NCBI GenBank assembly: GCA_031423995.1
Contig: JANPGO010000007.1
Coordinates: 1-50,037 of the forward strand
DNA length: 50,037 nt
Direction: 5' to 3'
DNA from: Candidatus Altimarinota bacterium
Lineage (GTDB): Bacteria > Patescibacteriota > Gracilibacteria > BD1-5 > UBA2023
Shown here: positions 45,866-50,037 of the stretch, one piece after another
How the letters are laid out: the number at the start of each line of letters is the position of its first letter
Position numbering within the stretch: position 1 is the stretch's first letter
Made by a program: the position numbers and the translations under genes
The notes under the pieces: model-generated
Databases searched by the model: none
Told to the model about the DNA's origin: nothing
Seen by the model: only the letters and a program-made list of their open reading frames with translations

Positions 45866-47591
45866 TGATACTCTGTTGTGAGGAATAAATCTGCACATAT
45901 TCTGGAGAACTCGTCATGAGTTCTCTGTGTATCCCCTGCGCAAGCATCTCTCCTTCCATGAGGAGTATGATCTGTTCATAGTGCTCTATCGGGGCAATCT
46001 TCTCAGTAATAGAAATAAGTGTGATATTCGGATAGTTCTTTCGAAGATTTTCAAGGATTTTTTTCTGAGTTTCTCCATCGAGTCGTGCTGTGAAGTCATC
46101 GAGAAAGAGGATTTTCGGATCCACTGCTAGTGCTCGTGCGAGCATAATGCGCTGTTTTTGTCATCATGAGAGACTTGACCCTCGCTCAGATACAACTGTA
46201 TCAAGGTGCTCCGGAAGACCCTCGATGAAGTCTCGAAGTTCGGCCGTATCGATTGCCTTCTCGATGGCACTATCATCAATATCATTCCTGAAGGCGATAT
46301 TTTCGCGAAGACTCAGATTGAAGATGCTACTCTCCTGGAAGTTAATCCCAATCTGAGGATAAAATCATTCTCTGTCGATCACTGTGAGATCTATACCATC
46401 ATAGGAAATCGTTCCAGAACTTGGTTCGAGGAGTCAAGAGAGGAGATAGAGAAGTTGTGTCTTCCCTGCAGCAGTTGGCCCCATGATGGCTGTACTCGAT
46501 CCTGATGCTATGGAGAAAGTGATATTTTTGAGTATTTGCTTTTCCCCAAGAGTCAGTGATACGTCCTGAATCTCGATCGAACCGTGAAGGTCTGGGAGAA
46601 TATTTCGTTTTTTATGTTTTTTTTCGAGAGTGAGGACTTCGCGAATTCGACCATATGATGCCGTTGCCTGAGCGATAGAATTGCTCGTGAATCCGAGAAT
46701 AATAATCGGAAATATGAGAATCGCGAGATAGGAATTGAATGCGACGAAGTCTCCAAGAGTCATACTCCCCGTGATGACAAAATGCCCACCAAGCATCAAA
46801 ATGACCAGAGTTGCGATATTGGAAGTAAATGTCACTATTGGAATGAGGGTTGCGAAGAGACTCAAGATCGAAAGACCAATCTCCTTGGCTTGAGTATTGA
46901 GTTCGATGAACTTTCTATATTCATATGTTTGAGAATTGAGAAGCCGTATGAGGGCTGCTCCGAGGATACTCTCATTGATCGCATTATTGAGTCGATCGAT
47001 ATTTTCCTGTGAACTCTTGAAGAGGAGACGAACTCGCTTGAACACGAGTGCGAAAGCAATACCAATACAGGGCATGATGAGGAAAACTGCGAGTGCAAGT
47101 TTCCAATTCATGAGAAGGAGGAGTACTCCAGACCCGAGAATCATGAAGATCGAAGAGACGATCGATGCAATTGCTTGAGAAATAAAGGTTTTGACGCCAT
47201 CAACATCGGAGGTGAGATTTGTGAGGAGCTTAGCCGAACTTAAGGTTTCGACCGTACTGAAATCCTGTTCCGATATTTTTGCAATGAGCTCGGCTCGGAG
47301 GTCTTGTGCGACTCGTTCAGAGGCATAGATCTGAGCAATATTCTGAGCATAGACGAGGAAGAAGAGAAAGAGTGTCACTCCTGCAAATGCAGTTACTGTC
47401 CAGATGAGATCAAAATTTCCTATTCCATATGAATCGATTGCAGTAGCAATAATCTTGGGAACCACGAGATTGAGCCCTCCTGAAAGAAGCGTCAAGAGTA
47501 TAATCCCACTGATCATGAGGGAATATGGTTTCAGAAGGGAGAATATATTGGCGGAAGGTGCTGGTAGTTTTTTTTGCATAAAGAAAATCAT
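45858..47591 (-). CDS. ABC exporter half-transporter (TMD-NBD) with a degenerate catalytic site
   Basis: TMD. Walker A GPTAAGKTQ. Signature LS-TGA-TGA-QKQR (46161-46166). Walker B ILFLDDF, where Phe (46092-46094) replaces the catalytic Glu. Start is ATG 47591 (MIFFMQKK) or 47579 (MQKK). TAA at 45858-45860. Confidence 0.85.
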
Positions 47592-47667
47592 TGTATCTGA
47601 AAAGAGGGGAAAAACAATGCACAAAAAAAGTCCGTATTTCTACGAACATAATTGTATTGGATCAAAC

Positions 47668-48121
47668 TGGTGGAGATGGCGGGAACTGCCCCCGCGTGTA
47701 AGAAGGTACCGACTGTGAGTCTCCTATCTAGAGTCTTTTTTGGATACATGTTCCCAAGCAGGAAAAAAGACAAAAAATGAGAACCGCATCGAATCATATA
47801 CGCATATTCCTATGAAGCGATGAGACCTTCAGAATACGGACTTATAATACATCTCTCCCTTATAAGTTTCAGAGAAAAATGGTTGTAGCAGGCCATACGG
47901 CACTCAGTCTCGATAGAAAGGCTACACCCTTGAGCGATTAGGCAACAAGAGTTGAATTTGCTGGAGTGAATTTTGCTACTGTTGCGCGAGCAAGAGAAGT
48001 GAGTCCACCGAAGCGAGCTGATGTGTTTGCATCTGTGATTTCCCCTTTGATAACGAGGCGAGGCGCCCCGAGATAGCACACAGCAAGTACGAGTCTCCTT
48101 ATCGAATACTATATCATCCCC
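47668..48121 (-). ncRNA. ssrA: tmRNA (SsrA)
   Basis: The 5' end GGGGAUG pairs with the 3' end CAUCUCC, followed by ACCA, and the pairing includes a G3:U wobble. GUAUUCGAU element near the 5' end. T arm GCGGG/CCCGC. Internal tag frame GCA AAC ... GUU GCC UAA at 47938-48030. Track ORFs 47588-47797 and 47810-48079 are spurious. Confidence 0.8.
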
Positions 48122-48282
48122 AGAGTAATTAAGTGAAAGTTGAAAGTATAAAGTTTCAATCGATGTTAAGGAACGAGGGGGATTCTACAGAAATAACCGA
48201 AAAATCAAAATTCTTCAGTATTTCTTCACTTAGAAATTCTGTTCATATTCAGGTTTCCCAATAATTATTCTTATTTATTGTA

Positions 48283-48353
48283 TCGTCATCCTGAACGAAG
48301 TGAAGGATCCATTGCATCAGAAACTTGGATTCTCCGCAAGCTCAGAATGACGA
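48283..48353. repeat. Inverted pair of short hairpin units (REP-like)
   Basis: tcgtcatcctgaacgaagtgaaggatcc faces the reverse complement of tcgtcattctgagcttgcggagaatcc. Each unit has its own 5-bp stem, ATCCT/AGGAT or ATTCT/AGAAT. Confidence 0.5.
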
Positions 48354-48402
48354 AATATTCATCAGTTTCAGTATAAGTTTCTGTTATAAAGACTTTCTAA
48401 AC

Positions 48403-48436
48403 GAAAAAACTCCCGAGGATACCAATACCTCGGGAG
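48403..48436 (-). terminator. Rho-independent terminator of the 48457-48930 gene
   Basis: On the minus strand, ctcccgagg pairs with cctcgggag and is followed by ttttttc. Confidence 0.7.
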
Positions 48437-48456
48437 AAAACACTGATGATGACCGT

Positions 48457-48930
48457 CTATCGAGAATGCAGAGTGGTCAGGATAGTCTTGGCACTGGGAG
48501 AAGCGAGATCTCATTGGATGACAGCGATTCCATTTGGAAGGCGAGAATACGCCCGTGGAGTGTCAACCGGAAGTCCTGCATCTATCGTCTCTATCGGGGT
48601 GTCCCGATAAAATGTGACCTGTACTTTTCCATCCTCGGAAACCTTCGTCTCTGATGGCTGTACGGTAACCTGATCAGACTGAGCCGTCTCTCGACTCGCA
48701 TAGGAATCTCACTCTACCGAACGGAAACCGTAGGAGAATGTGTTATTCCAATAAGGAGCTGCGACGGTGATCTTCTTTTCTCATCATCACTGCGGAGCAG
48801 AGAGGAGAGAACTATACGATCAGAAATTATCAGTCGAGTTGTAGATACCAACAAGTACCAGAAGTGTGAAGATCGCTGAGATCCACTCCGATCCTTGATG
48901 ACGTGTATGTCTCTGGATGGGATGTTTCAT
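48457..48930 (-). CDS. Small signal-anchored protein (157 aa), function unknown
   Basis: ATG 48928-48930. TM helix WISAIFTLLVLVGIY. Frame walked by hand. It includes three consecutive TGA codons (48781-48789). TAG at 48457-48459. Confidence 0.55.
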
Positions 48931-49124
48931 AATCTATTTACAAAAAGAGCAAAATAATTATAGCACACTTTCTATGTGAGTCAATTATTTTGAAATATTT
49001 TATATACTTGTCAAATACCAATTCTGCAAAAAGTGGATTTTTTCTGGGAATGAAGTATATTTTGGCTTAGGATAAACAAATCGACTCGATGATAACTGTT
49101 ATTCTATTGCGATTAACTGATTTT

Positions 49125-49427
49125 ATGCCAGCAAGTATCATCACACTCATAACGATTCTCTACGCAAGCGCATGAGTTATTGCGCTTATTGGATTTCTCC
49201 CTACTCTCAAGGATCTTTTTCTCGATAAGAAAAATAGCGCTAATCCCCTCACAGCAATGACTTGGGCTACAACGAATGGAATAGCTACTTTATATTGATT
49301 TTTTGTAGTGAAAGACATTTTATTCACGCTCATATCTTGAATCTCCTGTATTTGTTTCATTATGATCTTCGGCATGAGTCTCTACCTTTCTAAAAATTGA
49401 ATCTCCTATGAGTCTACATCTCTATAA
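49125..49427 (+). CDS. Small 3-TM membrane protein, SemiSWEET/PQ-loop-like
   Basis: 100 aa with three hydrophobic helices. The loop GFLPTLKDLFLDKKNS sits where a PQ-loop motif would be. TGA 49398-49400 is read through to TAA 49425-49427. An alternative in-frame start is ATG 49089. Confidence 0.45.
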
Positions 49428-50037
49428 TACCCTCACTCGCACGCTCGAACCATTCAAGCCACTCAAACAAGATGGAGTCAAGGTCTACTATTGTGGACCA
49501 ACACCGTATAACTATGCACATATCGGAAATCTCCGTAACTATTTAATGGATGATTTCGTCGTGCGAAGCATGCGATTTCTCGGATACAAGGTAAAAACGA
49601 CGATGAATATCACTGATGTCGAGGATAAGATCATCCGTGATAGCAAGAATCAAGGAAAAACGATAAAAGAACTAACGGATTTCTATACAAAAGCATTTCT
49701 GGAAGACTGTGGGAAACTCGGGATAATCCCCGCAGACAATATCATGCCTATCACGGAACTGATCGATGATATGGGGGAACTCATTGATGGACTCATCCGG
49801 AAGTGATATGCGTACCTCGCTGATGATGGAAGCATCTATTACAGTGTCAGCAAATTCAAGAACTATGGAAAACTCGCCAATCTGGACTTCAAGGGAATGA
49901 TATCGAGTGTTCGCGTGAAAAATGATGAATATGACAAGGAACAGGTTGCAGACTTTGCTCTCTGGAAGGCATATGATCCTGAGAATGATGGGGAGAACAA
50001 GTGGACAATATCGGTCACACTCAACGGTGAGAAAAAA
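49408..50037 (+). CDS. cysS: Cysteinyl-tRNA synthetase (3' end cut by the window)
   Basis: LYNTLTRTLEPF, YYCGPTPYNYAHIGNLR (HIGH-type motif), NITDVEDKII, LIRK-TGA-YAY. Confidence 0.9.

Noticed and set aside
47588-48079. Track ORFs 47588-47797 and 47810-48079 as protein genes
   Set aside because: They lie inside the tmRNA gene, whose acceptor and T-arm pairing and tag frame explain the region.
48325-48654. 109-aa plus-strand ORF
   Set aside because: It is antisense to the minus-strand gene 48457-48930, which has a start codon, a TM anchor and its own terminator hairpin at 48403-48436.
1-50037. Genes look fragmented, suggesting a heavily pseudogenised region or poor assembly
   Set aside because: Every interruption is TGA, and none is TAA or TAG. 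Frames never shift. The TGAs fall on conserved glycines. Recoding explains everything without invoking decay.
1-50037. TGA read as tryptophan (table 4, Mollicutes-like)
   Set aside because: The TGA positions correspond to invariant Gly in LSGGQ, VVGGGN, LVGPRP and GGMSFHGG, and to the G of the NTTG/NTANG repeat consensus. None sits at a typical Trp position.

Overview
This 50-kb chromosomal window comes from a bacterium that reads TGA as glycine (translation table 25), which points to a Gracilibacteria/Absconditabacteria-type CPR lineage. With the standard code nearly every gene looks fragmented. Every interruption is a TGA, never TAA or TAG, and the TGAs fall on invariant glycines of well-known motifs. 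I re-stitched the ORF track by reading through TGA and walked the long frames by hand. That gives 28 complete CDS plus one partial CDS, one tRNA, one tmRNA and several hairpin terminators. Housekeeping genes: an ABC-F ATPase, lgt, a polyprenyl-phosphate sugar transferase, valS, murF, a recO-like gene, pyrH, a heterodimeric ABC exporter, ssrA and cysS (cut by the window end). Two accessory regions stand out. (1) 2220-13573 (minus strand) holds a 3329-codon secreted fibre/adhesin-like protein built from about nine reiterated modules, each a beta-helix repeat array followed by a neck and a knob. It has about 85 in-frame TGA codons by my hand count and a very uneven TGA distribution. A co-transcribed 448-aa secreted partner sits 17 nt upstream. 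(2) 26238-42574 (plus strand) is a co-directional surface-appendage locus. It contains a prepilin peptidase, a prepilin-like protein, an M23 peptidase with SLH-like repeats, a solute-binding-like protein, a VirB2/TrbC-like small pilin, and a 1670-aa protein with about 8 PKD-like domains and a disordered tail carrying four (I/L)PDWL motifs. It also contains a polytopic PKD protein and a secreted protein with duplicated domains. No assembly ATPase is visible in the window. There is no CRISPR array, transposase, integrase, reverse transcriptase or recognisable defence gene. All family assignments rest on motifs read by eye. No database search was possible.
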